Positions 37,481-46,745 of a DNA stretch of 64,000 nt are shown piece by piece (position 1 is the first letter of the stretch; the number at the start of each line of letters is the position of its first letter). The DNA is taken from contig NZ_JADGFC010000001.1 of NCBI RefSeq assembly GCF_016744025.1, forward strand, positions 16,028-80,027. Reading direction: 5' to 3'. A program made the position numbers and the translations under genes. The notes under the pieces are model-generated. The model did not search any database and was not told the origin of the DNA. It was given only the letters and a program-made list of their open reading frames with translations. Origin of the DNA: Sulfurimonas sp. (GTDB lineage Bacteria; Campylobacterota; Campylobacteria; Campylobacterales; Sulfurimonadaceae).

Positions 37481-38319
37481 AACAAAGAGGAAATGCATTT
37501 GGCTATAAACTACTGCTTTTTGCATATAGTGTTCTTGGTTATAACTTAGTTGTTTTTATACTAAACTTTGTTGCACTTTACTACCTACTTTTTGCACCAA
37601 GTGTGAAAAAATCAATGCAGAGTTATTATGATAACATAGGCATTAAATTAACAAATACAAGCTATTTTAATCACTTAAAAATGTTTGCTATATCAATTTT
37701 TGACAGATTTGTCTCTCGTATAAAACCGCAAGACTTAAGCTTTTGTATTCACAATAATGACGTTATCAAAACACTCAATGAAAATGGAGGAGTAATTCTG
37801 CTTTCTCATGTTGGAAGTTGGGCGAGTGCTGCCCACTGTTTAAGTGATGAACTACCACCAATGAGCATAGTAATGCGTGAAAACACTAAAGAAAACATCC
37901 AAGAAGTAGAAAAAAATAGAGAAAGAGTAAATGAGCAAAGAGTAAAGATTATAGACCTCAATCAAGGTGCAATTCTTGCTAATATTCAAATAGCAAATGC
38001 TCTTATGAACAAAGAGTTAGTGGCAATGATGGCAGATAGAGCAGTTGATAAGACTAAAACCATAGAAGTAAAATTTTTAGACAAAAAAGTACTTATAAAC
38101 AAAAACCCTTTTGAAATTGCACTTAGAGTCAAAAAACCTCTTGTAGCCATCTTTGTTACTAACAACTCACTAAATAAATATGACCTAGCACTAGAGCTGA
38201 TTAAAGAGTCTTCACTGGAACAAATGTCGCAAGACTATGCAGATGTCTTACAAAATACAATAAGAGAATATCCCAATCAATGGTATAATTTCTACGATTT
38301 TTTTAAAAAGATGAATTAA
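37471..38319 (+). CDS. LpxL/HtrB-like lysophospholipid (lipid A-type) acyltransferase
   Basis: N-terminal TM helices. LSHVGSWA resembles the H.GNWE active-site region of the LpxL family. Same role as the acyltransferase of APE clusters. Confidence 0.6.
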   Translation: MEIKQRGNAFGYKLLLFAYSVLGYNLVVFILNFVALYYLLFAPSVKKSMQSYYDNIGIKLTNTSYFNHLKMFAISIFDRFVSRIKPQDLSFCIHNNDVIKTLNENGGVILLSHVGSWASAAHCLSDELPPMSIVMRENTKENIQEVEKNRERVNEQRVKIIDLNQGAILANIQIANALMNKELVAMMADRAVDKTKTIEVKFLDKKVLINKNPFEIALRVKKPLVAIFVTNNSLNKYDLALELIKESSLEQMSQDYADVLQNTIREYPNQWYNFYDFFKKMN

Positions 38320-39230
38320 TGAAAAAAATTTTAATACTTTACTACTCACAATCAGGACAACTCAAACGAGTTTTAGACAGCTTCTTATCAGACTTAGAAG
38401 ATGAAGAGATAAAGCTGGATATTAAAGAAATAACACCAAAAGTAAAGTACCCATTTCCTTGGCCCTTTTACCAGTTTTTTGATGAATTTCCAGAATCTGT
38501 TTTCTTGGACGGGTGCGAGATTAATGAGCTTGAAGATTTGGAAGATGATTATGACATGATTATTTTGGGATATACGGTTTGGTATATGGCTCCATCTATT
38601 CCTATCACTGCCTTTATGCACTCTGAACAAGCTAAAAAAGTATTTAAAGACAAACCTGTAGTAACTCTTGTAGCTTGTCGTGACATGTGGGTTTTAGCTC
38701 AAGAAAAAGTAAAAGAGATGCTAAAAGCTGTTGATGCTAAACTTATCGACCATGTGGCTTTAACAGATCAAGGAGGAAGTGTTCTTAGTCTTGTAACACT
38801 CCCAGGTTTTCTTTTAACAGGAAAGAAAAAACCTTTTATGTTTTTTCCGCCTGCGGGAATCAAAGACTCAGATATTCAAGAAGCTTCAAGATTTGGGAAA
38901 AGACTAAATGAAGCCCTTCACCAAGACAAAGAAAAAAGTGGTGAAGCTCTACTAAAAAACTTAAATGCAGTAAGCGTAAATGGTAAACTTATAGCTACTG
39001 AGAAAATTGCAGACAGAAGTTTTAAAATCTGGAGCAGACTTATTAAAGCATCAGGGGAGAAGTACTCTTTTGGCAGAAAAGTTATAATCTCTATCTACGT
39101 TTGTTTTTTAATAACTTTGCTATTAACTGTCGTTCCTTTAAATATATTAGCAAGAAAAATTTTAAATATATTTCAAAAAGATAAACTAAAAATTATGGAA
39201 GACTATTATGAATTACCAAGTGGAAGATAA
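38319..39230 (+). CDS. darA: DarA-like protein (flavodoxin-like fold, C-terminal membrane helix); putative dialkylresorcinol aromatase
   Basis: N-terminus MKKILILYYSQSGQLKRV matches my recollection of DarA-annotated proteins. ~300 aa; encoded immediately upstream of a KAS III-like gene, as in dar loci. Confidence 0.5.
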   Translation: MKKILILYYSQSGQLKRVLDSFLSDLEDEEIKLDIKEITPKVKYPFPWPFYQFFDEFPESVFLDGCEINELEDLEDDYDMIILGYTVWYMAPSIPITAFMHSEQAKKVFKDKPVVTLVACRDMWVLAQEKVKEMLKAVDAKLIDHVALTDQGGSVLSLVTLPGFLLTGKKKPFMFFPPAGIKDSDIQEASRFGKRLNEALHQDKEKSGEALLKNLNAVSVNGKLIATEKIADRSFKIWSRLIKASGEKYSFGRKVIISIYVCFLITLLLTVVPLNILARKILNIFQKDKLKIMEDYYELPSGR

Positions 39231-39236
39231 AAGACA

Positions 39237-40385
39237 ATGTTAAGAGAAGTATACATTAATAAAATATCAGCATTTTTACCAAATGAAGCTGTTGACAATG
39301 AAAATATAGAAAAAGTACTCGGACAAGTTGGAGATAGACCTTCTCGTGCAAAAAGAATCATACTTAGATCAAATAAAATAACAAATAGATACTATGCAAT
39401 TGATCCTAATACAAGAGAAGCTACTCATTCTAATGCACAACTTACAGCTCAAGCTATAAGAAAACTTAAAAAAGATGGTCTTGATCTAGATAGTGTTGAT
39501 GTTTTAGCATGTGGTACAACAATGCCTGATCAACTGATGCCAAATCATGCCATTATGGTTCACGGTGAACTTAAATGCAAACCACTTGAAGTAGTATCTA
39601 CTGCAGGAATTTGTCTTAGTGGAATTACTGCACTAAAATATGCTTACACTTCTATCAAATCAGGAGAAGCAGAGTCTGCTGTTGCAACTGGAAGCGAAAA
39701 CTCATCAGCAATAATGAGAGCTGAAAACTTTACTCCTGAGATAGAAAATAAAGTTGAGATGCTGGAAAAAAATCAAGAAATAGCTTTTGAAAAAGATTTT
39801 TTAAGATGGATGCTAAGCGATGGTGCTGGAGCAATGGCACTCAGTGCCAAAGCAAATGAAAATTCTCTCTCTCTTAAGATAAACAAAATCTTCTCTATAT
39901 CTTATGCAAATATTTTAGACACTTGTATGTACTCTGGATGTGAAAAACTTGAAGATGGTTCAACTAAAAGCTGGAGACAATATACTCCAAAAGAGTGGCT
40001 ACATAAGTCTATATTTTCTGTTAAACAAGATGTAAAACTTCTAAATGAAAATGTTATGGAATATACTGTTGCACAAGCTTTAATGGTAATGCTGGAAAAA
40101 CAGATGTTCAATCCGCAGGAAATAGACTGGTTTTTACCTCACTACTCATCTGGTTACTTTAGAGATGAAGTTTACGAGAAGATGTTAAAAGCAGGCTGTG
40201 ATATACCTCAAGAGAAGTGGTTTACAAACCTATCTACAAAAGGTAATACAGGCTCAGCATCTATATATATTATGTTAGAAGAGCTTTTTAACTCAGCCAA
40301 TGTGAAAAAAGGCGAAAAACTTTTATGCTACATTCCTGAGAGCGGACGATTTTCCACAGCTTTCATGCTACTAGAGGCTGTGTAA
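39237..40385 (+). CDS. darB: KAS III-like ketosynthase, DarB-like (putative dialkylresorcinol condensing enzyme)
   Basis: Thiolase fold. Cys in STAGICLSGITAL. C-terminal KGNTGSASIYIML as in FabH-like enzymes. The DarB assignment rests on pairing with the DarA-like gene. Confidence 0.6.
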   Translation: MLREVYINKISAFLPNEAVDNENIEKVLGQVGDRPSRAKRIILRSNKITNRYYAIDPNTREATHSNAQLTAQAIRKLKKDGLDLDSVDVLACGTTMPDQLMPNHAIMVHGELKCKPLEVVSTAGICLSGITALKYAYTSIKSGEAESAVATGSENSSAIMRAENFTPEIENKVEMLEKNQEIAFEKDFLRWMLSDGAGAMALSAKANENSLSLKINKIFSISYANILDTCMYSGCEKLEDGSTKSWRQYTPKEWLHKSIFSVKQDVKLLNENVMEYTVAQALMVMLEKQMFNPQEIDWFLPHYSSGYFRDEVYEKMLKAGCDIPQEKWFTNLSTKGNTGSASIYIMLEELFNSANVKKGEKLLCYIPESGRFSTAFMLLEAV

Positions 40386-40801
40386 TGGATATCAATGATG
40401 TTCCTCAAGAAGATAGTTCAACATACGCAAAAAATAAAAAAGCTATCTATGCAAAAAGTGAAAATGGTGAAATAAGCATAGTAGGGTCAACTGGTTGGAA
40501 TGTAGAGGAGACTGCTACAAAACTAGCCCTTGAAGACTTAGAATCTAGTGCTCACGAGGCATACTGTGAAGTTAAAAAAGGTATTAAATCACCTCTATTT
40601 TATTATATGTTTAAAGAGAGAATGGACTTGCAACTATTAGCCGAGACAAGCGGTTTTTTTAAGTGGACTATTTCTCGTGATTTTAAACCAGAAGTTTTTA
40701 AAAAGATAAGCGATAAAAGACTATCGGTTTATGCAGAAGTTCTAGGAATAACTATAGAAAATTTAAAAGTATTGGAAGACATAAATTATGAATGTAACTG
40801 A
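40385..40801 (+). CDS. Hypothetical protein with HTH-like C-terminal half
   Basis: 138 aa. LAETSGFFKWTISRDFKPEVF...VYAEVLGITIENL resembles an XRE-like HTH. Translationally coupled on both sides. Confidence 0.35.
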   Translation: MDINDVPQEDSSTYAKNKKAIYAKSENGEISIVGSTGWNVEETATKLALEDLESSAHEAYCEVKKGIKSPLFYYMFKERMDLQLLAETSGFFKWTISRDFKPEVFKKISDKRLSVYAEVLGITIENLKVLEDINYECN

Positions 40802-41789
40802 ATTTAAACACTCTCACTCTGCTCATTGTGAAAGCGGAGTAATGGTGTCACTTCTTAGACATTATGGGCTTAACCTTAGTGAACCTATGATTTTTGGTCT
40901 ATCTTCAGCTTTAACATTTGCATACCTTCCCTTTATTAAGATCGGAGGAATGCCTCTTGTCGCTTATAGAAATTTGCCAAAATCAATTATTAAAAATATT
41001 CAAAAGAATCTAAAAATAAAAATGAAACTAGAAACTTTTTCAAGTAAAGAAAAAGGTGAAGCAAGATTAGATGAACTACTAAGTGAAGGAAAAGTTACAG
41101 GGGCACAAACTTCAGTCTACTGGCTTCCATATTTTCCACCTGAAATGCGTTTTCATTTTAATGCTCACAACTTAGTTATATATGCAAAAGAATCTGACAA
41201 CTATCTTATCAGTGATCCTGTTTTTGAGCACAGTGTTAAATCGGATAAAGCTTCTCTATCCAAGGCTAGATTTGCAAAAGGGATGATGGCTCCAAAAGGT
41301 CTTCTTTACTATCCAACTTTTGTTCCTCAAAACATTGATTTACAGCCTATTATTATAAAAACAATGAAAAAGACAGCTAAGGCAATGTTAAACACTCCAG
41401 TTCCTATCTCTGGCTTAAAAGCTATAAAATATTTAGCTAAATCAATCCTAAAGCTAGAATCCAAAGATGAAAAATATGCAAAACTATATCTTGGTCATAT
41501 AGTTAGAATGCAAGAAGAAATAGGTACAGGAGGAGCTGGATTTAGATATATTTATGCTTCTTTTTTACAAGAGTCAAGCACTCTTTTTAACAATGATTCA
41601 ACTCTACAAGAGGCTTCAACAATGATGCTAGAAGTTGGGGATAAGTGGAGAGAATTTGCCCTTCTAATTGCAAAAGCCATAAAATCTAAAAAGCCAATAG
41701 ACTTTACTTCTATCTCAAATATGTTAATGTCAATCTCTGATGAAGAAGCCAAAGTTTATACAAAAATGCTCGAGTTTACTGGCAAATAA
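40788..41789 (+). CDS. BtrH_N/DUF4872-like (papain-fold, C39-like) protein; candidate ACP-dependent acyltransferase
   Basis: N-terminal HSAHCESGVMVSLLRHYG resembles the catalytic Cys region of BtrH-like proteins. 333 aa fits that architecture. Confidence 0.45.
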   Translation: MNVTEFKHSHSAHCESGVMVSLLRHYGLNLSEPMIFGLSSALTFAYLPFIKIGGMPLVAYRNLPKSIIKNIQKNLKIKMKLETFSSKEKGEARLDELLSEGKVTGAQTSVYWLPYFPPEMRFHFNAHNLVIYAKESDNYLISDPVFEHSVKSDKASLSKARFAKGMMAPKGLLYYPTFVPQNIDLQPIIIKTMKKTAKAMLNTPVPISGLKAIKYLAKSILKLESKDEKYAKLYLGHIVRMQEEIGTGGAGFRYIYASFLQESSTLFNNDSTLQEASTMMLEVGDKWREFALLIAKAIKSKKPIDFTSISNMLMSISDEEAKVYTKMLEFTGK

Positions 41790-41792
41790 TAG

Positions 41793-42668
41793 ATGATTCA
41801 AATATCAAATATATCTAAGTCATTCTCAAATACAAAAGCTCTCAACAATTTATCTTTAAATATTAAAGAAGGAAGTGTTTTTGGTCTTCTTGGTGTAAAT
41901 GGAGCTGGTAAAACAACCCTTCTTTCCATACTTAATGGTCTTGTTGATATTGATAGTGGAGATATTAAAATCTTCGGATATGATCTTAAAAAGCAAAAAA
42001 AAGATATTAAAAAAATAAGTTCTATAATACCTCAACACTTAGCATTTTACGAAAAACTTACAGTTAAGGAAAATCTTGATTTTTTTGCAGATATACAAAA
42101 TGCTAAAAAAGAAGATTATGAAAAAGCTCTGCAGGTAAACTCTTTAGAGAAACTACTAAATCAAAAAGCTTCCTCCCTCTCAGGTGGTCAAAAAAGAAGA
42201 TTAAATATAGCGATAGGATTACTGAATAATCCTAAAATCATATACTTTGATGAACCAACAGTTGGACTTGACCCAAAAAGCAGAAATGAAATACTTGATT
42301 CTATTAAAAATTATAAAAAACTCGGAATTACTGTTATATATACAAGTCATTATATGACAGAGATAGAAAAAATTTGCGATGAAGTTGCTATTATAGATCA
42401 TGGAGAACTTCTTATACAAGACACTCTTTTTAATCTACTTTCAAATAAAATCTCTGATATTATTACTATCGAGATAGTTTATCAAGAGATAGTAGATTCA
42501 TTAGGATTAAGTGTAAAAAACTCATCTTTTATTGAAACTAAAGAAGGTGAACTTTTTAATACAATAAACCTTCTAAAGAAGAATAACATTTCGATTAAAC
42601 AGATTAAATATGCTTCAACAAATTTGGAAAAATATTTTTTAGATATAACAGGTTCATCTGATGCTTAG
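41793..42668 (+). CDS. ABC transporter ATP-binding protein
   Basis: Walker A GVNGAGKTT, signature LSGGQKRRL, Walker B IIYFDEPT. Confidence 0.9.
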   Translation: MIQISNISKSFSNTKALNNLSLNIKEGSVFGLLGVNGAGKTTLLSILNGLVDIDSGDIKIFGYDLKKQKKDIKKISSIIPQHLAFYEKLTVKENLDFFADIQNAKKEDYEKALQVNSLEKLLNQKASSLSGGQKRRLNIAIGLLNNPKIIYFDEPTVGLDPKSRNEILDSIKNYKKLGITVIYTSHYMTEIEKICDEVAIIDHGELLIQDTLFNLLSNKISDIITIEIVYQEIVDSLGLSVKNSSFIETKEGELFNTINLLKKNNISIKQIKYASTNLEKYFLDITGSSDA

Positions 42669-43797
42669 TGCTATGATAAAAAAAGAGTTTTTACTCGTAT
42701 TGAGAGATAAACATGCTCTACTTGCTCTTTTTGTTATGCCTGCTATCTTTATACTTATAATGTCAGTTGCCATGAGAGATCAGTTTTCCACAAATACTAT
42801 AGAATTTACTGTTTATGCGCAAGATTCAGATAAAACCCAAATAAGTAAAAAAATAATTTCTGATATTAAGGAAGATAAAAACTTTACACTTGTAAGTCAC
42901 AAAACAGAGGCTCAGTTTTTAGCTTATATTCCAAAAAATTATTCTAAAGATACAAATAAAAAAATTGAGCTAGTAGTTAATAAGTCCTTAAAGAGTGACC
43001 AAATAGAAATATTTAAATCAATGCTCTCAAAGCATCTATTAAGTGCTAGATTTACTTCAATGGCAGAAACTCTTAAAAAATATTCACCAGAAACCTCTAA
43101 AATATTATCTTCTATAAACATATCCAATGAGAACCTCTATAAAGTAAAATATAATGATTTAAAAAGTATGCCAAACTCAACACAACAAAGTGTACCTTCA
43201 TGGATAGTTTTTGGTATGTTTTTTATTATCATACCTATGTCTACAATATATGTAAATGAGAGAAAACAAAACACTCTTGCAAGATTAAACTCTATGAATG
43301 TATCTATTCTTTGGATGAGTATTTCAAAAAGTATCCCCTATCTTGTTATAAATCAAATACAAGTAGCAATAATGCTTGGTGTTGGAATATTTTTAGTTCC
43401 TATGTTTAATACTTCTGCATTAGAGATCAATGGTTCTCTTGGCGCAATTGCAACTATCTCTTTAGCTTTAAGTGTATCTGCAATAGGAGTATCTACTTTA
43501 ATTGCCGTTAGTGCAAGTTCAAGTGAACAAGCTACTACAATAGGTGGAATCTTCAATATTTTATTAGGGGCTATTGGTGGTGTTATGGTTCCAAAATATA
43601 TTATGCCTGAGTCTATGCAAAGAATATCAGAATTTTCACCTATGTCATGGGGACTAGATGGATTTTTAGATATATTTTTAAAATCTGCAAATGCGTCTAT
43701 GATACTCGAAGATGCTCTTAAACTTTTTGTCTTTGGAATAATCTCCTTAATTATATCTATGATAATATTGCGTATTAGAATAAACAAGGGTCTCTAG
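42661..43797 (+). CDS. ABC-2 type transporter permease
   Basis: N-terminal TM, large loop, then 5 C-terminal TM helices. Overlaps the ATPase gene stop. Confidence 0.8.
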   Translation: MLSAMIKKEFLLVLRDKHALLALFVMPAIFILIMSVAMRDQFSTNTIEFTVYAQDSDKTQISKKIISDIKEDKNFTLVSHKTEAQFLAYIPKNYSKDTNKKIELVVNKSLKSDQIEIFKSMLSKHLLSARFTSMAETLKKYSPETSKILSSINISNENLYKVKYNDLKSMPNSTQQSVPSWIVFGMFFIIIPMSTIYVNERKQNTLARLNSMNVSILWMSISKSIPYLVINQIQVAIMLGVGIFLVPMFNTSALEINGSLGAIATISLALSVSAIGVSTLIAVSASSSEQATTIGGIFNILLGAIGGVMVPKYIMPESMQRISEFSPMSWGLDGFLDIFLKSANASMILEDALKLFVFGIISLIISMIILRIRINKGL

Positions 43798-44054
43798 TGG
43801 ATATAGAACAATTAAAATATGATTTAAAAGATATGATAATCACTGAATGTGAGAAAGAAGATATAACACCTAACGAGATAGACAATAGTGTTGAACTATT
43901 TTCACATGAGAGTGGCTTAGAACTAGATTCTTTAGATGCACTTCAAATCTCAATGAGTATACAAAAAAAATATGGGGTAAGACTTGTTGACCCAAAAGAA
44001 TTTAGAAGAAGAGTAACAACTATAGATGAGTTAGCAGAGTTTTTAAAAACTTAA
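43797..44054 (+). CDS. Acyl carrier protein (cluster ACP 2)
   Basis: 85 aa. GLELDSLDALQI attachment motif. GTG start. Confidence 0.8.
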   Translation: MDIEQLKYDLKDMIITECEKEDITPNEIDNSVELFSHESGLELDSLDALQISMSIQKKYGVRLVDPKEFRRRVTTIDELAEFLKT

Positions 44055-44055
44055 T

Positions 44056-45177
44056 ATGAAAAATGTAGGTATCTCAAAGTATATTATCAAGTCATCCCAG
44101 GGTAATCTACAACAAACTCTTAAATCAGTAAAAAATCAACAAACTAAAATATCAACTAAAACAATTGAATCACTTATGGAAGATGTAATCCTCCCTTATT
44201 TCTTATTTGACAACGAGGTAGAAGACAATCAAGATAGCATCTACGAAGAGTTAAGAGAGTTAGTTAGTGAGCTTGTTCTTGAATTAGATGCAGTCCAAAG
44301 AAAATCTACAGCGATAATTATAGGCACATCTATAATAGACTGGTATACAATAAATGCTATACAAGACACTCTATATAATAAAAAAGCCTATTCTTCTAAA
44401 AAGCATAGTATAGATAGTTTTGCTAAAAAGCTTTCACAGGAATTTGGACTAAACGATTTTACAATGACTATAAATACAGCTTGTACTTCAAGTGCAAATG
44501 CAATGCTTGAAGCTGCGAACCTTATCAATGCTTCCATTTTTAAAAACGTGATAATTATAGGGGCAGAAGTTTTTTCTTCTATTATGAATAAGGGTTTTAA
44601 TTCTATGCAATTGCTCTCATCAAGCTCACAAAAACCTTTTGATAAAAATTGTGATGGTATGATTTTAGGTGAAGGGTTTGCTGGAGTTTTATTATCTAAT
44701 GAGAACTGTTTATGGTCACTTGAAGGTGGAGTAAATTGCTCAAATTCTGAAAATATAACTGCTGCAAGTGAAAGTGGTTTAGAGTTTGTGCAAGTGATGA
44801 ATTTAGCACTTGAAAATACTAAGATAGATGCTAAAGATATAACAGCACTAAAAGCTCATGCTACTTCTACTTCTTCTAATGACTCAGCAGAGATAAATGC
44901 AATAACTCAAGTTTTTAAAAAAGGTATAGACTTTACTTGTGTAAAACCATATATTGGTCATACACTAGGTGCTTGCGGGGTTTTAGAACTAGTCCTTTTC
45001 ATGGCTTGTATAGATGATGGGTTTATACCAAAAACTCCATCTTTTCATAATCCAATGAGCTCTGAATTAAAACCACTTAATGAAAATAAACAATGCAGTA
45101 GTGGAACTTTCATGTGTAATTATTTTGGCTTTGGTGGAAACAATGCATCTCTAATTATAAAAAAAGAAGCAGTATGA
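44056..45177 (+). CDS. Beta-ketoacyl-ACP synthase (type II KS, set 2)
   Basis: NTACTSSANAM (Cys), KAHATSTSSND and IGHTLGACG (His), FGFGGNNASL. Confidence 0.8.
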   Translation: MKNVGISKYIIKSSQGNLQQTLKSVKNQQTKISTKTIESLMEDVILPYFLFDNEVEDNQDSIYEELRELVSELVLELDAVQRKSTAIIIGTSIIDWYTINAIQDTLYNKKAYSSKKHSIDSFAKKLSQEFGLNDFTMTINTACTSSANAMLEAANLINASIFKNVIIIGAEVFSSIMNKGFNSMQLLSSSSQKPFDKNCDGMILGEGFAGVLLSNENCLWSLEGGVNCSNSENITAASESGLEFVQVMNLALENTKIDAKDITALKAHATSTSSNDSAEINAITQVFKKGIDFTCVKPYIGHTLGACGVLELVLFMACIDDGFIPKTPSFHNPMSSELKPLNENKQCSSGTFMCNYFGFGGNNASLIIKKEAV

Positions 45178-45974
45178 AACTCTATATACTAAACTATAGT
45201 TCTTTTAGAAACGATCTAAACACTATAGATGTAAAAACTGAGTTGAAAACAAAATATAAAATAGACACTAGGCGTCAAGATAACTTTATTCACTTAGGTC
45301 TATTTGGAGCATTGAGGTTAAAAGATAAAATAAACATATCAATAGATGATGAACTATATATTACAAGTGGAATAGGTAATATTGATGTATTTCAAAAAGC
45401 AACTCATTGTGCTAATAACAAAGAGTTTATGAAGATATCTGATTTTATCAATATTTTAGGTAATAGTACTAGTTATTACATTTCTAAAGCACTTGGTATT
45501 AAAGGTAAAAGTCTATTTCAAATTTCAGACAACTTCACTTATATCAATACTCTCATATCTATATATTCTTCTTTATACTCTTCAAAAAAAGAAGCTATTT
45601 TTGGTTCTATTGATTTAGTTAGCCAGCCAAATGAAATACTAAAAAGAGTTCTTGGTTTAGATGAAATCTCTGAAATTGTAAGTAGTGTAAATTTTCAAAA
45701 ACTCTCATTATCAAGTCAAGATGCTATTGCCGAGATAGAATTTGACACACAATCGTATAATTCAGAAGAAATAAAAGAAATTTTAAAAGTTAATGACAGG
45801 ATTGTTTATACATCTATGAGGTGTTTAGATTTAGAATTTAAAAAAGAAACAAATTTTTTTCAAACAGAGCTTAGTTATACTATAAATAAAGTTATTGAGT
45901 CAAGAGAAGACATGCTTTACATTGACTGCTTTGAAGATTGTTATAAAGTATTGAGATTAAAAACTTTGGTCTAA
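45174..45974 (+). CDS. Divergent KS-partner-like protein (function uncertain)
   Basis: Overlaps the KS stop by 4 nt, like the 33414 gene. 266 aa, no catalytic Cys motif. Assignment is by position only. Confidence 0.3.
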   Translation: MKLYILNYSSFRNDLNTIDVKTELKTKYKIDTRRQDNFIHLGLFGALRLKDKINISIDDELYITSGIGNIDVFQKATHCANNKEFMKISDFINILGNSTSYYISKALGIKGKSLFQISDNFTYINTLISIYSSLYSSKKEAIFGSIDLVSQPNEILKRVLGLDEISEIVSSVNFQKLSLSSQDAIAEIEFDTQSYNSEEIKEILKVNDRIVYTSMRCLDLEFKKETNFFQTELSYTINKVIESREDMLYIDCFEDCYKVLRLKTLV

Positions 45975-46098
45975 ATTAAATATAATAATGTATCACACAT
46001 AAAGACTGTATTTACTACATTATTAAGCATTTGCATATTTAATAAATGATAATATTCAAACCATAAATATATTTAGTTATATCTACTTAAGGAAAAGC

Positions 46099-46698
46099 AT
46101 GTCAAAAATTTGTAAATTAATAATGATACTACTTTCAGCCATAGTAATTACAGGCTGTGTAAATGAACCAAAAGTGAAGATAAAAGAAAAAGTTTATACA
46201 CAAGTTGGCATGTGGTATTTAAATAAAAGTGTTACTATTATCGATACTAGTAATGTACTCTCTGATGATGACACAATAACAATAGATAAAAAAATTCCTT
46301 CTGTTAACTACTCAAGAGATGTTTTTATTCCTGTAAATACAGCTGTAACAATTATTGACAACCATAATATCGGTATTATTTTTGAGTATGATGGAAAAAG
46401 CATTGTACTATTTAATAAAAAAGCATATACCGGTTTAAACCAAGATAATCTTCTAAAGAGAATGTTTGCTCCAACTCCTGTAGATTTAAGTAGTTTCACT
46501 GATGCTGAGCAAATTCTTATTAAACAAGGTACAGTTGAATTAAATATGAGTAAAGAAGCTCTTATTTTAAGTAGAGGTTATCCACCTATTCATCGTACTC
46601 CAAGCCTAAAAGGGAATACTTGGCGTTATTGGGAAGCTAGATTCAACTCTCGTAACTATATCTTTAAAGACAATAAACTTATTAAATTACAAAATTAA
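46099..46698 (+). CDS. Lipoprotein with BamE/SmpA-OmlA-like C-terminal domain (paralog of 34477..35022)
   Basis: Lipobox ITGC. NMSKEALILSRGYPPIHRTPSLKGNTWRYW parallels GMTKEEVVLSRGYPPFHATISLKADVWKYW. Confidence 0.6.
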   Translation: MSKICKLIMILLSAIVITGCVNEPKVKIKEKVYTQVGMWYLNKSVTIIDTSNVLSDDDTITIDKKIPSVNYSRDVFIPVNTAVTIIDNHNIGIIFEYDGKSIVLFNKKAYTGLNQDNLLKRMFAPTPVDLSSFTDAEQILIKQGTVELNMSKEALILSRGYPPIHRTPSLKGNTWRYWEARFNSRNYIFKDNKLIKLQN

Positions 46699-46745
46699 TA
46701 AATTCATTTACGTAATCAAAAATACAATAAATCAGGAAAATAAAT

